From NCBI RefSeq assembly GCF_009914755.1, contig NC_060926.1: DNA of 64,000 bases. One strand, given 5' to 3'. Source of the stretch: the human T2T-CHM13v2.0 reference genome, Homo sapiens. Position numbers and translations under genes: made by a program. The first letter of the stretch is position 1; each line of letters opens with the position of its first letter. Positions 36,509-56,771 of the stretch are shown here, in pieces. The notes below the pieces were generated by a model. It was given only the letters and a program-made list of their open reading frames with translations. It was not told where the DNA came from and did no database searches.

Positions 36509-37553
36509 CTTTGATTTATTTATTTATTTCCTATATAAAGTTGTTTTTTTTTTTTGAAAAATGAATGATAATTGAATCAGTGGAACAACATTGCTGATAA
36601 ACAGTGGAAGAATTATTTTCATCTTCATATTGCTTCTCCTTTGATTTAATATCAACTGCTAAACTGAGAGAAAAAAATCCTTGACTTTGGATTTTGAAGC
36701 TTAATTTCTGTTCCACACAGAAATAACTAACCACTGACTGAATTCATCTATGCACCACGAAACAAGGAGGCAATGGTGACTGTAGGAATTTCATGAAATG
36801 ATACAACCAATAATATAATTATTGTGGAAGATTATTACTTAAACCTATAGTTCTCATGTCCCATAGTTTATAATTCTATCTTCAATATCCTCCCTTTTTC
36901 CCCATTCTCCAACATGAGAACCCACTCTTTACCCCTCCTCCTTGGCTCCTCTGTATATATTTGTACTTGGAAACTGTTGTACAGTATCATTAGAAATGAT
37001 TTATATTCTTTATTAACAACCATTTCGGGAGGGAGGGGAGAGAGCTGTGAAGGAAAATTAGATCAAATTAAAATAAATGGCTGGGAATGCATTGATTCCT
37101 ATATAATTAATTTACCTGTATTTGGCATAATTTAGCATAGTAATACAATTGAATATGAGAATAAAATACCATTTGAACATAAGAGGAAACTGACAGAGTT
37201 GAGACTATCTGGGTAATTTCATAGCAATGTATAAGCTTCTCCTCCTGAGGTTACACGCATGTTTTATGGAACCCGAGATGTCCAGGTTATTTTCTCAATT
37301 GTCCACTTTACTACATGTTTGTAGAATTAGACTATGTCCAACATAACATTTGAAAACAAATCTCTATCACACACCCATGGGGCAAATATTGAGTTCCATT
37401 ATCTTTAATGCTAATTCCCACTGATGTGCTGCTAGCTGCCCGCTCACCACTTGTTTTAGCCGTTTTTCTTGGCTCTGCAAGATTCCCCTACAAAGTACCT
37501 CTGAAGAAAGCCAGGCAGTCCAGACCGCCAAGCCCCCGATCAAATTAGTGCTA

Positions 37554-37721
<168 letters not shown>

Positions 37722-38801
37722 TCATCTGATAATGTGATCAGAACTCCTTCCCTGTTCTCTACAAAGGCACAGAGGAAATGGCAGATAAACAAATACAGTG
37801 ACTATAACTTCTTGAGGACATAGGACACACATACTTTTAATATACTTTAAATGAGTGCTTTCCAGTGACTGAAAGCCTAGGAGAATTATTTTATGAAGGA
37901 TCATTTGGATTCATTATACTGCTAGAAAAATGAATAGATGTCAACTCCATGCACCAAGGGACTCAACATTCACTCAGTGGATAACAGCTATTGGAGCTGT
38001 ACACTCTGGAGCTGCAAAGTAATGTGTTTATGCTTTAATAGTGGAAGGCCTTTTCTGAATACAGAGAGCCAAAGATGAAAAGTCAGATCTCACTCTGCGT
38101 CTGAAAGATGTTAACATTATATGGTGAAAGTTAAAAAAAAAATAAACACAATAAAATCATTTAGGTAAGCCAGTATCACCTAGTTACAAAGAAAAGTATG
38201 AAATCTTAGTCTACGAAAAAGAACAAAACAACAACAACAAAAAAAACAAAAAACCGAAAAAAAAATAGCAAAGAATTAGATTTCAAGATGAATTTTACAT
38301 AATTAAATCAAGAGACCTCCTTACTAACCTTTAGATAATTACAACAGAAAGGCATATAATTAGCATAGAAAAAGAGTTTGAAAAAGAGATAATTAGCCAA
38401 TTTGAATATCAATAAATCTAAAAGACAACACTGTCATAATAAAATCTGATAATCAAGGTGAATAGCCAAAAAAGAGGGGTAACAGTAGTCAGAGAAAAAT
38501 ATAATTGCTGAACACTTTATCCAAGGAATTTAGAATTGCTTACTAATATGTCCCAGGAGAAAGTTTTATTTTCTCTAATTCATACATGGTGAAAGTTATT
38601 CACCTAGAGTTTATTTAAGTTGCTCAATATCAGACCTTTAAGCTCAGGAGAATATGGATAGCATTACAAATCTTCACACACAAGAGCTCCTTTAAAAGAT
38701 ATTTAAAGAAGAAAAATAAGAAATAAGAAACTCTATCAGTTTAATTACATAAAGATAGAAAAAACTGATATACTGAAATAGACCTATGGTCCATATTCTT
38801 T

Positions 38802-39105
38802 TTGTTTGTTTGTTTGTTTGTTTTTGATATGGAGTCTCACTCTGTGGCTCAGGCTGGAGTGCAGTGGCGAGATCCAGACTAATTGAAACCTCTGCCTCCT
38901 GGGTTCAAGCGATTCTCCTGCCTCAGCTTCCCAAGTAGCTGGGACTATAGGTGCGCACCACCATGCAGGCTAATTTTTTGTATTTTTAGTAGAGACGGTG
39001 TTTCACCATGTTAGCCAGGATGGTCTCGATCTCCTGACCTTGTGATCCACATGCCTCAGTCTCTCAAAGTGCTGGGATTACAGGCGTGAGCCACTGCGCC
39101 TGGCC
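38802..39105 (-). mobile_element. AluSc/AluY-like element
   Basis: Antisense Alu; TSD ccatattcttt at 38791-38801 and 39105-39115. Confidence 0.9.
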
Positions 39106-42100
39106 CATATTCTTTAATTGTTCTTGTGACAGCGGAAGCCAATGACATTTTGTGACTAATATTTGTTTTTCCATTTAAGACCACTGACACAGAATCATAG
39201 AATATATTTGAGGGAAGACAACGCAGAGAATATTTGTAAAATATTTGTAAATATTTTCAAATTGTATTCTCTGCATTGTCTCAGGGCTGTCAAGAACAAC
39301 TGATGGCTGAACAGGCTTGACTTTGGCTATTCAAACTTCTCCAGCCAAATCTATTCACATGTTACTCATCAATCAATCAGTCATTTCAATTTTGTAGTTT
39401 TGAGCACTATTTTATTTTGGAGAAAAATATATGAATAACAAAAATATATTTCTCTGCTTAAAAAATGGACTAATTATGTCCAATCATTTTAGCTATAAGG
39501 CAACTGAAACTGAGAGAAATTAGACTTGCCTAATGATACATGTATCTCCTTAAGGAAAAACAGGTCTTAGAATTCATTTCATGAAGCTCCCCATCCAGCA
39601 CTCTTTGTACTACACTCTATTACCAATTTCCTATCTCACTTTCCCTTACCATCCATGAATGTACCTAAACCGTTATTTTAATCTCCTCATATTGTTAGCA
39701 TATATTCAGCATAAGGTTTAAACATTTCTCATACATTGTTTCATTTTGCAAAGGAGTACTTTCTTGTGTTTATCAGAAATGTGTCTCTAAATATTTCCAC
39801 TATTTTAGGATTCAGTTAACAAGATTTTGTTCATGTCAGCCACTCCTTCGTAAGTTTCTTCTCTTTGTTGCCTAACAAGATAGTGAGAACTCACATTTAT
39901 GTTTCAAGAATCAGCACGAACGTTGTCCGAAATATGCTTTTGTCCTTAGATAGATAATAACTGTTTAGTGGATGTACTGCAGTGTAGAAGATGTACTGTA
40001 GACAAGAATCAAGGCATTTAAACAGAGAATCAACTCAAGTTTTGGTTCAAATGAGTAAACAATAAAATGGGGACTCAGATATGATGAGATCTAATCTTTA
40101 AAAATAACATTACATCTTTTTTGACTCTATAATAAGCTAATTTAAATTTTATCTCTCTTCTATAAACTTAGGAGCATATTAATCAATATTCTAAGTTTTG
40201 CTAAGAAAAAAATAAATCATCCTAAGCATCTGAAAACTTTTGAAACTGATGATACTTCATCGGTTGGGAAATTTTCCATGTAAATTTTAAAATTATTTCC
40301 AACTGTTAGATTTTAACACTAAAAAACAGTCAAAAAATAAAGTGGAAATTAGCTCTGAATATATAAAAAAAGTTATCAAACTAAATTTAAAAATCTAATA
40401 TTCAGTACATTCAACCTCTAAGAAAATGAGACATTAACCTTCTGCCCACACTGAATAAAACATAAACACATATAATGTAAACGTGTGCTTTAACAATTAT
40501 ATATCATATGTGATTAATTTTTTAATGATAGTTACATCATGTCTCTTGTTGTTAACCTTATAGTCCAACTTAGCTTATGGAGAAAAATTACTGTAGAGAA
40601 AAACATTGGGAACTAGAATAAGGCTGAAGGGAAATCACTGAAGAGAGTAATTATTTAAAGAGAGACATGTACAGGAGGAAAGTTATTAATGTTTCATTTC
40701 TGTTTCATTCTCAAAGTACTATGACTGAGTAAATCACTCAGCTTCTCTGGTTTCAGACTTCTGGTTTATAATCTTATCTCTTGGGTCCTATAAGTCCTAG
40801 AGATCAAGAAGTCAGAAGAGATATCATCTAGAAATGCATAATACCCTGAAAGCATTTAATGTAGCAAAAAGTAGGATTCACCACTTGAATAACTCCCGGG
40901 GTTTTCACAGCATTATAATAAATTACCATAATTGATTATTGTGTTTTAAAAACCTCTTAAAATAAATTTAACATTTTTCCTGTTCTTTCATATTAGTGTT
41001 AATTTAAAAGTTGAAAATAGCATCTGAATATATGGGTTTATTTCTGGATACCTGCTCTGTTAAAATGTCATTACGAATTCTTATATTTGACAAAGATTTA
41101 AATATTACACACAATTTTTTATTTCTTGACTTTGCATAAAAATTCTTTGACTTTGGATACAAATTGCAGGACACTTGCAAGAATTACCTGATTAACTCTG
41201 AAAAAGAGAAAAATTATGAACAAAAATGGCTTACATGTCATCAAGTTACAATTATAGAAAGGAAAAGAAAACTATATTTTATCTTGGTAGTTACTTAAAC
41301 CTCATAGAATATTTAATATGGATTAATGGACTGTTAAAAATCTTCTATTATTACAGGTAGTATGCTCAATTTACCTATTATATGTTTCACTTAAAATTTA
41401 TTGTCAGGTTATAGGTAAGCTATTATATAAATGGCTACAATTGTCTTTCTCTCAAGGGTAATCGTGATTGGTATGGTACTTATATTTAACCAGTATACAA
41501 AGCTTAGAGGAATGTCTCCCAGGAAGGTAGATTTCAAATCTAATTCAGGCTTCTTTCCTGTCTCTGACCTAGGAATTTTCCTTATTCCTCCTCCTTGCCC
41601 CCCAAAATAATATTTTTAAGTAATTTGTTAATAAAGTCTCAAAACCTATGCCATAGGTATGTTTGAGATCATGTAACACATGAGCTATATAGATAAATTT
41701 ATCCTTCAAAATTATGTATGTGGAAATTGCATAGAAGATTCAAGTTAAAATTAATGACAAGATAAGAATATTGTACGAGTCCAGATTTAGGAAAGTATTA
41801 TCTTCACCTGAAAAAGACAATAATAAACACATTACCTATTATTTATTGAATATATGATACTAGGCTAGCTGTAGATATATTACCAATACACTGATACTCT
41901 TGACAATATCCCTGCAATTGTTAACACTAACACCAATTTGCAGAAGAAAACAGTATATCCTGCCTAAGGACATATCACATAAATAGCAAGTGGCAGTAAA
42001 GTTTGAATACAACACTCTGATCAATGCCAAAATACATTATTTTTTTCACTATACCATGCTGATTATACTAATACTTTTGAAAGAGTATTTATAGCTTAGA

Positions 42101-42609
42101 AAGATTTGGGAAGGAATTAAAAATTTAATTCTTCATTCTGTAGTTTACATCTAACATTTAAACTTCAATTCTAATTTTTACCTACCTTATGGTACATAAT
42201 TAAATATTCTTATGAAAAGTGGTGCTTTTAAAGATTACACATTCACTAGATTCACTGAGAAAATACATTACATTTCTAGATATTGACACTAGTTGTGGCT
42301 CCCAAGAATTGGTACTTATATAGGACAGACTTCAAATGATCCAATAGAGTAAATGCATTTTGGAGAAAACGATATGAGAGTAGTGTACCACAAATTGTCA
42401 TCGTTTTGCCACTCTTTCCTTGCTGTCACATAACAATCTCATTTTATATACCAAGTATAATGCCACATACAAAAAACAAGGCTTTGCGGGCAGGTAAATG
42501 TGGGTTCAAATCCTGACTGTATTGCCAATTAATGTGTGATATTGGGTAGTTACCTAACATCTCTGAACAGAGGTCTGTGATTTGCAAAATGGAAGAAAAT
42601 ATCACTGAA

Positions 42610-43150
42610 ATATTTTATTGGTTCAAGATATTTAACTGAGAATTTTATATCAGATAGAGTTCTAGGCCTTAGAAATATACCACCCAGAGTGAATGAATGA
42701 GTGAGTGAATGAAAGAGTGCTAGGCACTAGGAATACAATATTGAGTATTCTCATTTTTCAGAGTGCTTACAATCTACTAGGGAAGACATTTGGAATACAA
42801 TTAAGTGATTTTAATAAATATCTGATAGATGTTATTTTATAGGCAATGTAATGTGTTATTATAGTACACAGCAGAAGTAGCCAAACTAATCTCGGCTATT
42901 TATGTATTGCTTCCCAGAGAAAGGGATATAAAACTGATATGAATAATATGTTTGAATTAAGGCACATGAACAAGAGGAGAAGGAGTGCTTCTACAATGTT
43001 CCAAAGAAAGAGACAGATTCATGACGGCCCGGAAGTGAGGGTATATACAATGTTTGAGAAAATGAAAGAATTTTAGAATGGTTGCAATAAGGTATAAGAT
43101 AGAAGTAGTGAAATAGGCTTGCAAGACAGAGTTGGAAATGATCACTATTT
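42610..43150 (-). mobile_element. L2 3' fragment(s)
   Basis: gaatgaatgagtgagtgaatg plus gtgctaggcactagga...cttacaatctactagggaagaca motifs. Confidence 0.5.
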
Positions 43151-43899
43151 AAATGACAAAGTATTAGAAAGTCAAAGAGAACACCTAGGAAGTACATATA
43201 CAATGAGACTAAAAGAAGTGCAAGGAAAAAATATTGAATAGTTCTGACAATATGGCAGACAATCAGGAATGTTAGGTAAAATAACAGCCAAATATTTCAA
43301 TATATAGGTAAATGTATACAAAGAATATAAATTTTCAGAGTCCAGAAATAAAAGGGGTCCTAAAAACTAGAATTGTGAGTGAATGATATATAAAAACGTT
43401 GCCTGTGCATGCATGTGTAGTTTTGCCTCCAAAGGCAGTAAAAGAAAGCTGGTTCTGTAATCTATCTAGATGCCTGGGTTTTAATGTCAATCTGGGACAG
43501 GAGAGAATTCTCTAGTTCTACAAAAGATGCCAACATAAGCTAGGACCTTCAAAGTCTAAACTCTAAGTACAAGGGTGAGTTAGATAATATCTCCTCCTAG
43601 TAGAAAGAGATATCTCAGCCTAGACTGTGAGAGGGGAAAAAAGTCCCCTTGAAAATAGATGATCACAAGGCTATAATCAGTCACGAGCTCTACTTTCTGT
43701 AATTCAGAAATCTTAAGTTGAAAAATTCAAATAAAAATTAATCCAGGCCATGTAATAATATTTCAGAACAGTGACAGGGTGCTCAGGAAAGACATCACCC
43801 AAGAAAGTCTTCCTAAAATTTCCACATGGGACAAAAAAAATTAAACTTACCAATAATAATAATTATAAAATAATTAAAATCTGGTGACTAAAATTCAGC

Positions 43900-44460
43900 A
43901 GACCTAACAAACAACAGGATTAGATCCAGAATATCTTTAGATATTTTTAAAAAATCTATCTGTAGAGGCTATAGATTGAAATCTGATAGGGAATATAAAA
44001 TAGGTAAGTCAAAATGTATTTAAAAGGTAAGGACAAAAATAAAAACCATGTAAAAAGACACACAGATAAAATAGGCAGATTTGAAAAGCAACCAAATAGG
44101 ACATTCAGAAATGAAAACTGTAGTTTTGGAATTACAAACCGCATGAACAAGTTAAATTACAAATTAGTACACTTGAAGAGAGAATTACTAAACTGGAAGA
44201 TCTGAAGAAATCACCATAGTTGCAGCTCAGAGTTTAAGAACAATATAAAAGAGAAATCATGAAGGACAGAATCTAACAAACTAATAGTTGTTAAAACAGG
44301 AAGGAGAGAAAATCAGGATAGCAAGCAATATTTAAGAAGACAATTTCTTAAAATGTCCCAGAATTTAAGGAGACATGACTTTAGATTCAGGAAGCAAAAT
44401 CTATTTTGAAATAAGTAAAAATAAATTCACATAAACACCGTAGTGAAACATCAGGATCTC
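43900..44460 (+). mobile_element. Ancient L1M ORF1 remnant
   Basis: gaagagagaattactaaactggaag and aatgtcccagaattt...ttagattcaggaagc ORF1-like motifs. Confidence 0.5.
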
Positions 44461-47400
44461 AAGAACACATGTATAAAACCTGAATTAACCTGCAACAATT
44501 TTAAATGTTAAACCTGGAGTGAGAAATTTACCCACCACCCCCACTGAAAAAATAAAAAGTGAGAACATTTTAGAAAATAATTTACCCACCCTCTCAAAGA
44601 AAACAGTGAACGTATATATGAGGGTTAGGTAGAGACAGAGGAACCAGAAAAATATAAGAGGGAAATCAAGAAATATCAGTCACTAAAGGCAAGAGAAGTG
44701 TTTGAAGGAGAAGGACAGCAGTGTTCAGCGCTGCTCAGATAAGTTAGATACAAACTTGAAGTGTGCTGCTCAGATTTTTTTTTTTTTTTTGTAAGTCTAT
44801 TGAGCTTGTCAAAGACAGTTTTGGTGGAATGGTTTAAGGGGAAAATAAATTTCCAGTATTAGTAGACTGAGTGGAAGATGGATACATAAAGTTTTATGCA
44901 ACTTTTCCAGGAAATCTGAATGTGAAGAATGTAAGAATTAATGTGATCCTTAACGAGAGATACAGGATTAGAAGAGAGTTATATTGGTGGTAATCTTTCT
45001 TTAAGAGGGAAAATGTTGAACATACATACATAAATATTGATAGGAAGAAACTAGTTGACTGAAAAACTGAATAGGAGATTCAAGTTGCATTTTCTGTTTT
45101 TTTAATACATTTTAGCACAACAGAAAAATCTTCCAAGTCAAAGAATAAACTCATATCTAACAATGATAATTCTCCCTGGCAATTAAAATAATTACTACTA
45201 AAATGAATGTACGTTTAATGTAGTCCTAAAGTTAATAATTAAACAATGAATTTAGATTTTTTATCCCAAGAAGTAATTAAGAAAATAATAAATTTGATAA
45301 CTTAGAAATGCCAAATAACATGTGACAGATAAAATCAACAATGATTAATTTATCTATAATTTATATTAAAACTCAAAATACATGTGAAGTATCTCAAGTA
45401 AATTAATTTGGTTATATATTTTAAGACTTTACTTCAGGAAATTTCAGCCTTTTATTTTTAGTGTGCCTACAACACTACAACTTCCAAGAGAAAAGGAGTA
45501 AGACAAATTATATTTCACAGTGACAACCTTTTAAAACTACAGAAATTTCAAAAATGCATCATTATGTTATGTGGCATTTCATTGTTTTTCTCTCATTCAA
45601 ATTCATACACTGCAATTATTCACTATAGCAGTATATAAGCACAAGGAATAGACACTTCAGGGCCCTGAAGTAGTAGTGAGGTTGCCTGGGGTACTTTTCG
45701 TTCAGTTTCATTTTTGCTACTTTTAAAAGTAGCATATTATTAAAATGAGTAATTTTTTATCAATTTGCTTATACACATTGACTTTCCACTGAAAATAATA
45801 CACCTTGAGATTCCTTGTTCCTAGCTCTGTGGTTGATGTCCATTTATAATTCTGATATCTTGACTCTGCTCAGGCTACCCAGGCAATTGCCTTTTATTTT
45901 TCATAAAAGGAAAGCAAAGCACTCAGGGAAAGAGAAGCAAATGACACTTCAAATGGATCAGACTTAACTTTGATAATACCCAAAATAGACAGCTTTGGTT
46001 ATTACATCAATACTGGATCAAGATACGATTATAAATGGTTTCTAAGAATTCACTCTTATTTATTCTAGTTATAGATCTTTCTCCCAACATGTAAAAAACA
46101 ACATAAAATTTCCCAAGAAATCAAATTATCAGTGAGCTTCACACTGCCAGATCCTGATTGCAAATGAGAAATCACAGTGTCATTAAGTGTGAAGCGTTAG
46201 ATGTCACTAAAACTAGCACATTTTAAAAACGTTTCCTGACACAGGAAACATAAAAATCACTAAATAGAAAGAACGTTAAAAAAAGAAGCATGCACTCAAT
46301 GAAAGGGGACCTACGAGAATTATCAGGGTTAAATGCAAGTGTAAGGCAGTATTACTAAACCTAGTCATGCCTGATAGCTCACACATGTTTACCAGTGTAC
46401 ATTTATAGTTAAAAGTACTTTGTCCTTATTTGTGAGCACTCACCTCTAAAAGTAAGATGTCCTAATATTTTATTGAACTCCAATATATGATTATTTACAT
46501 ATGAAATTATACACATCTGATACTATGGTCAATATTCAAAGATCTATTTAAAACATCTAGCAAGATTCAGAATTGAAAATCATTGTAAATTATTTAATGT
46601 GAAATTACATGACATGTAAACCAATATTTTAAATGATCTTACAGAATAAGATCAGCCTGACATTAACCTATTAATGGAATTAAAGAACAAAGGAGAGGGT
46701 AGTACTACTAACTAATAAAGAAGTTGTAGTTAATACAATTAACTACTCAAACACTGTATTTGGTGGTTTTGTGTTCTCTATTTAATCCTCATGCCAACAA
46801 TATGAGATAGATTTTATGTTTGCCAATTTACATATAAACAAGTAAATACATTTCAGGAAAACTACCTTATGTTTTTACATTATCCTTAAGCAGGCAAAAT
46901 ATCAATAAGGATACATAGGATAGTAACAACAAAATTAATAGGCTTGATCAATATCACCTATCAATCCATCAATCTATCCTTCTATTTGTCAAAAGAAATT
47001 TACCACTATCAAATTTTAAAATATATACATTTTTCTTGTGTTCACAAAGGAATTCCATAAAAGCAATCATTTCCTAGGTCACAAAGCAGTCGCAATAGCT
47101 TCCAAAGAAAGAATATCACACAGACTTTTTCTCCTACCACAATGAAATAAAATCAAAATCACCCTTTATCTGAACATAAGGAAAACACAAATGATTGACA
47201 TATATTCTTCCACACACAAATATTTAAAAAGAAAGAGTTACTAAAACACAAGCAATATTTTCATAAATAATTTTTGTTGTATATCACTTCCTAATGTCTT
47301 TATTAAAAATTAGAAATTTGACTATTTTTTGGTACTCCACACAATTTTTTTTCCATTTTCTCAATATAGTGTCACAGCTTTTAATTATACCATGAGGTAA

Positions 47401-49391
47401 GCATGTTTACATTATTGTTATCACAATATAATATTATTTTCTATAAAGCTGTGTAGTACATTTCTTTACTTGTACTTTTAATTTAAAGCTTTTAAAACTT
47501 TAAAACTTATAACTTAAATTATGTTCTAGTCAAGAGGAAGTCAAGAGAGGAGTATAATTTTCAGAAACCAAGAAATGGCACTTAAACATACTACCTTATA
47601 TGCAAGTAGAGGTAATAACCAGGAAACTTGGCTAAGAGTTAAAAATACTTGCCACTGGCAATTATACAAAAGGTGTAGAATGATTACTATCTACTATTGT
47701 ACTATTATACTATCTACTATTTTTTGTTGTTGTAAGCACCTATGTATTATCCGACTTTCTTTAGCTAAATGTATCTACATCAGTTTTAAAAATAGCAATA
47801 GAAATTGAATAGAGAATGGGTATGCACTGAACCTAGAATTTCAGAACCTGTAAGGATTCAGTGCTACTGTATAAGAATTTACATATACAAAAGCAGAGGA
47901 AAAGTATAAATTATTCACTTAAAAGAATGTAGCGATCTTCAGAAAATTCACATATAAGCACATCATGTAGAATTGTCATCTCCTTATTGAGGTTTTGCAC
48001 ACCACAACCACTATCCCCCATGCAACCTTCTAGAGCAGAAACTTTGCCTTTTTCCCCTGAGACCCAGTATCTAGAACACAGTGGCTAAAAACACCAGAGC
48101 AGGTCTAATGTGGACTCATATGAAAATAACATTGTAAAAAATATTTAGAGAATACATCAATAAAACACGATAGTGTTTTAAAACTTTAGAAGTTTTTAGT
48201 GTTTGATAGTGTTTTAAAACTTTAAACCCTATAGTGTTTAAGCTACGGTGTTCTGTAGCTTCTTCTCTGAAGAGGAGGTTGGCTCCAGACAACTCACAGA
48301 AGTTACACCACGACTGCCTTCCTGGCAGGGTACAGAAGGTCCTGATTTCACTCACCTCAGGCCTGCTCAAATTCTAGAAAGATTTCATCAAAGCAATGAG
48401 CAGCCACCAGTGATTCAAATATGGACATCTTCTCTACTGTGCGGGATATCAAACTACACAATGCTGTGCTTCTGGGATGTGCAGCAGTGGAAAGGTGTTT
48501 TTGTGTTGTTATTTATTTCATTTCGTTTTGTTTTTTGGTAGTTAGATGTGGTCATATTGCCAATGACTGAAAGGAACAAGAGAGAGAAAATGCTGCTATG
48601 GCTACACAGCAAATTTTAGCTCATGTCTGAGACTCTGCATCCAAGCAGAGGAGTCACTGTTGTAGGAAAACTGGACCCTTTAAAAAAACGCTGCAGGGAA
48701 ATACAGAGGTAGGTTTAGACCTTACATATGCTGTAATGAAATATTTTGACATCAATGACAAAATGTTACAGTGGCAGAAATTATTTACTGACGTATTGGT
48801 TACATCTTAGGCAAAGATGCATATAGCTTCTGTTTTTAAAACCCCAACTTGGCATGATAGAAATGTTTCCTGGATCAATATAGGACTTCAACTGAACACC
48901 TTTCAAAATAATAAATTTAATATTAACCAATAAAGGATTTCAGAAATGTTGCTGTTTTCTGAAATAATTTCAATTGAAAAAAAAAACATATATTCCCACT
49001 TGAGAAAAGAAGATTATTTGGAAGGAAGAAGAAAGAAGAAAGGAAAAGAACATAAATCTACAGTTAAACCACTATGTGCCATCCACGACCTAGATTTTTA
49101 CATAATTATTTCCTTTGACCCTGATTTTTACGTGTGTGTGTGTGCATGTACATGCATATTTATATATATATATATATTTTTAACCAATGGAGATATTAAT
49201 GCTGCTGAAGTCTCTAAATAATTCATGTTTACTCTTGATAAAAACTGAAACAACAAAATATCTGTCAGCATCATAAAGACAGTTAAAATAATCACTGGCC
49301 AGTAACCGGTGAGGCAGCTCCAGTTAGCTCCTTCCTACCAGAAATAATCTGCTGAATTACTTGAAAAAAACACACTAGAAAAGCAAAAGCA

Positions 49392-50675
49392 GGCTGGGCA
49401 TTGTGGCTCACACCTGTAATCCCGGCACTTTGGGAGGCTGAGGTGGGCAGATCCCGTAAGGTCAGGAGTTCAAGACCAGTCTGGCCAATAAGGTAAAAAC
49501 TCGTCTCTATTAAAAATACAAAAATTAGCTGGGCGTGGTGGCACATGCCTGTAATTCCAGTTACCTGTGTAGGGACCAGCCCCACAGGGTCGGTGGGTCT
49601 CTCCCTGTGTGCGGCGACGAGAGAGTGTAGAAATAAAGACACAAGATAAACAGATAAGAGAAAAGGCAGCTGGGCCCAGGGGACCACTACCACCAATGCG
49701 CGGAGACCGGTAGTGGCCCCGAATGTCGGGCTGCACTGTTATTTATTGGATACAAGGCAGAAGGGGCAGGGTAAAGAATGTGAGTCACCTCCAATGATAG
49801 GTAAGGTCACGTGTCCACTGGACAGGGGGGCCCTTCCCTGCCTGGCAGCCGAGGCAGAGAGGGAGAGGAGACAAAGAGAAAGACAGCTTACGCCATTATT
49901 TCTGCATATCAGGGACTATTAGTATTTTCACTAATTTACTACTGCTATCTGGAAGGCAGAGCCAGGTGTACAGGATGGAACATGAAGGTGGACTAGGAGC
50001 GTGACCACTGAAGCACAGCATCACAGGGAGACAGGCCTCCGGATAACTGCGGGCGAGCCTGACTGATGTCAGGCCCTCCACAAGAGGTGGAGGAGCAGAG
50101 TCTTCTCTAAACTCCCCCGGGGAAAGGGAGAACTCCCCTTTCCCGGTCTGCTAAGTAGCGGGTGTTGTTTCTTGACACATTTTGCTACGGCTGGACCATG
50201 ATCCGCTTGGTGACGGGAGTCTTCCCAGACGCTGGTGTCACCGCTAGACCAAGGAGCCCTCTGGTGGCCCTGTCCGGGCATAACAGAAGGCTCGCACTCT
50301 TGTCTTCTGGTCACTTCTCACTATGTCCCCTCAGCTCCTATCTCTGTATGGCCTGGTTTTTCCTAGGCTATGATTATTGAGTGAGGATTATCATAATATT
50401 GGGATAAAAAGTAATTGCTACCAACTAATGATTAATGATACTCATATATAATCATATCTAAGATCTATATCTGGTATAACAATTCTTGTTTTATATTTTA
50501 TTATACTGGAACAGCTCGTGTCCTCTGTCTCTTGCCTCGGTGCCTGGGTGTCTTGCCACCCACAACCTGGGAGGCTGAGGCAGGAGAATCACTTGAACCC
50601 AGGAGGCGGAAGTCAAAGCGAGCTGAGACTGCGTCATTGCACTCCAGCCTGGGTGAAAGAGCAAGACTCCAACTC
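49392..50675 (+). mobile_element. AluS split in its right arm by LTR13 (parts 49392-49567 and 50565-50675)
   Basis: ...cctgtaattccagttacctg [LTR] acctgggaggctgaggcaggagaatc... Confidence 0.9.
49568..50564 (-). mobile_element. Solo LTR13 (ERVK class), 997 bp
   Basis: Minus strand TGTGGGTGGCAAGACACCCAGGCACCGAGGCAAGAG...TGGTCCCTACA with TG...CA termini; 5-bp TSD acctg; AATAAA at 49742-49747 (minus). Confidence 0.88.
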
Positions 50676-50883
50676 GGGAGGGAATGCAAAGAAAAGCAAC
50701 TGAGGTTTGGAGGGATATAATAGAGAGATATTGAAAGAAGTTCAATGGAGTGGCAGAGACTTAATAACCATCAGGATAAGGTTGCACATGAGAATCACGT
50801 GAACAGGTTTTAAAAATTACCCATGCCTGAGCCTCCATTATAATTTAATTGGCAATATAGGGCATATTAAAGTTCCCCTGGGG

Positions 50884-50990
50884 TAGTGGGCTGAATTGTT
50901 AGGTATCAAAAAGGTACATCGAATTCTAACCCCCAGGACCTGTGGATGTGACTTTCTTTAGAAATAGAGTGTTTGTAAATACTTAAGTAT
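50884..50990 (+). mobile_element. MLT1 (C/D-like) LTR 5' fragment
   Basis: tagtgggctgaattgt...ctaacccccaggacctgtggatgtgact...gaaatagagtgtttg. Confidence 0.55.
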
Positions 50991-51284
50991 TTCTTGTGGT
51001 TCTGCTTTGTCATTGTAACTATGCACTGATCTATGGAAGACTTTGCTTTTTGTTATTTTAACTTTCAAGGTTAAAATACCTTTTTTTTTTCTACTTGAAA
51101 AATGATACCTCCACATGGAGGATGAGCAAAATAGTACAGAAAATCTAAAAGAAGAAAGTCAAAGTCAGCGGAAATTCAGCATTATAGATATATTGGTGAG
51201 CATGATTCAGAGTAGCTACACATGTAAATAATAGTTATATAAAATTTTATGTACACTATTTTCTAAATTGATTTTCTTTTAATT

Positions 51285-56419
<5,135 letters not shown>

Positions 56420-56453
56420 AGGATCACCCAAGTTTTCTGATTTTCTTTTAATT

Positions 56454-56771
56454 TTTTAATCTTTTTTTTTTTTTTTTTTTTTTTTTGAGAGAGGGTCTTG
56501 CTCTGTTGCCCAAGCTGCAGTGTAATGGAACACTCCTGGCTCACTGCAGCCTGGACGTCCTGGGTTCAGGTGATCCTCCCATCTCACCCTCCCTAGTAGC
56601 GGGGACTACAGGCATATACCACCACACCCTGCTAATTTTTTGTTTTTGTTTAGAGACAGGGTTTTGCCTCATTGCCCAGGCTGGCCTCAAACTCCTGGGC
56701 TCAAGGGATCTGCCAGCTTTGGTCTCCCAATGCCTCAGCAACATTACAGGCATGAGCCACCGTGCTCAGCC
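56454..56771 (-). mobile_element. AluJ whose tail was the L1 target site
   Basis: Antisense Alu; its TSD tctaaattgat lies at 56772-56782 and, beyond the L1, at 51262-51272. Confidence 0.88.

Noticed and set aside
48168-48240. Repeated gatagtgttttaaaacttta units resembling a repeat-spacer array
   Set aside because: Only 2-3 degenerate copies in eukaryotic intron DNA; a simple local duplication, not CRISPR.
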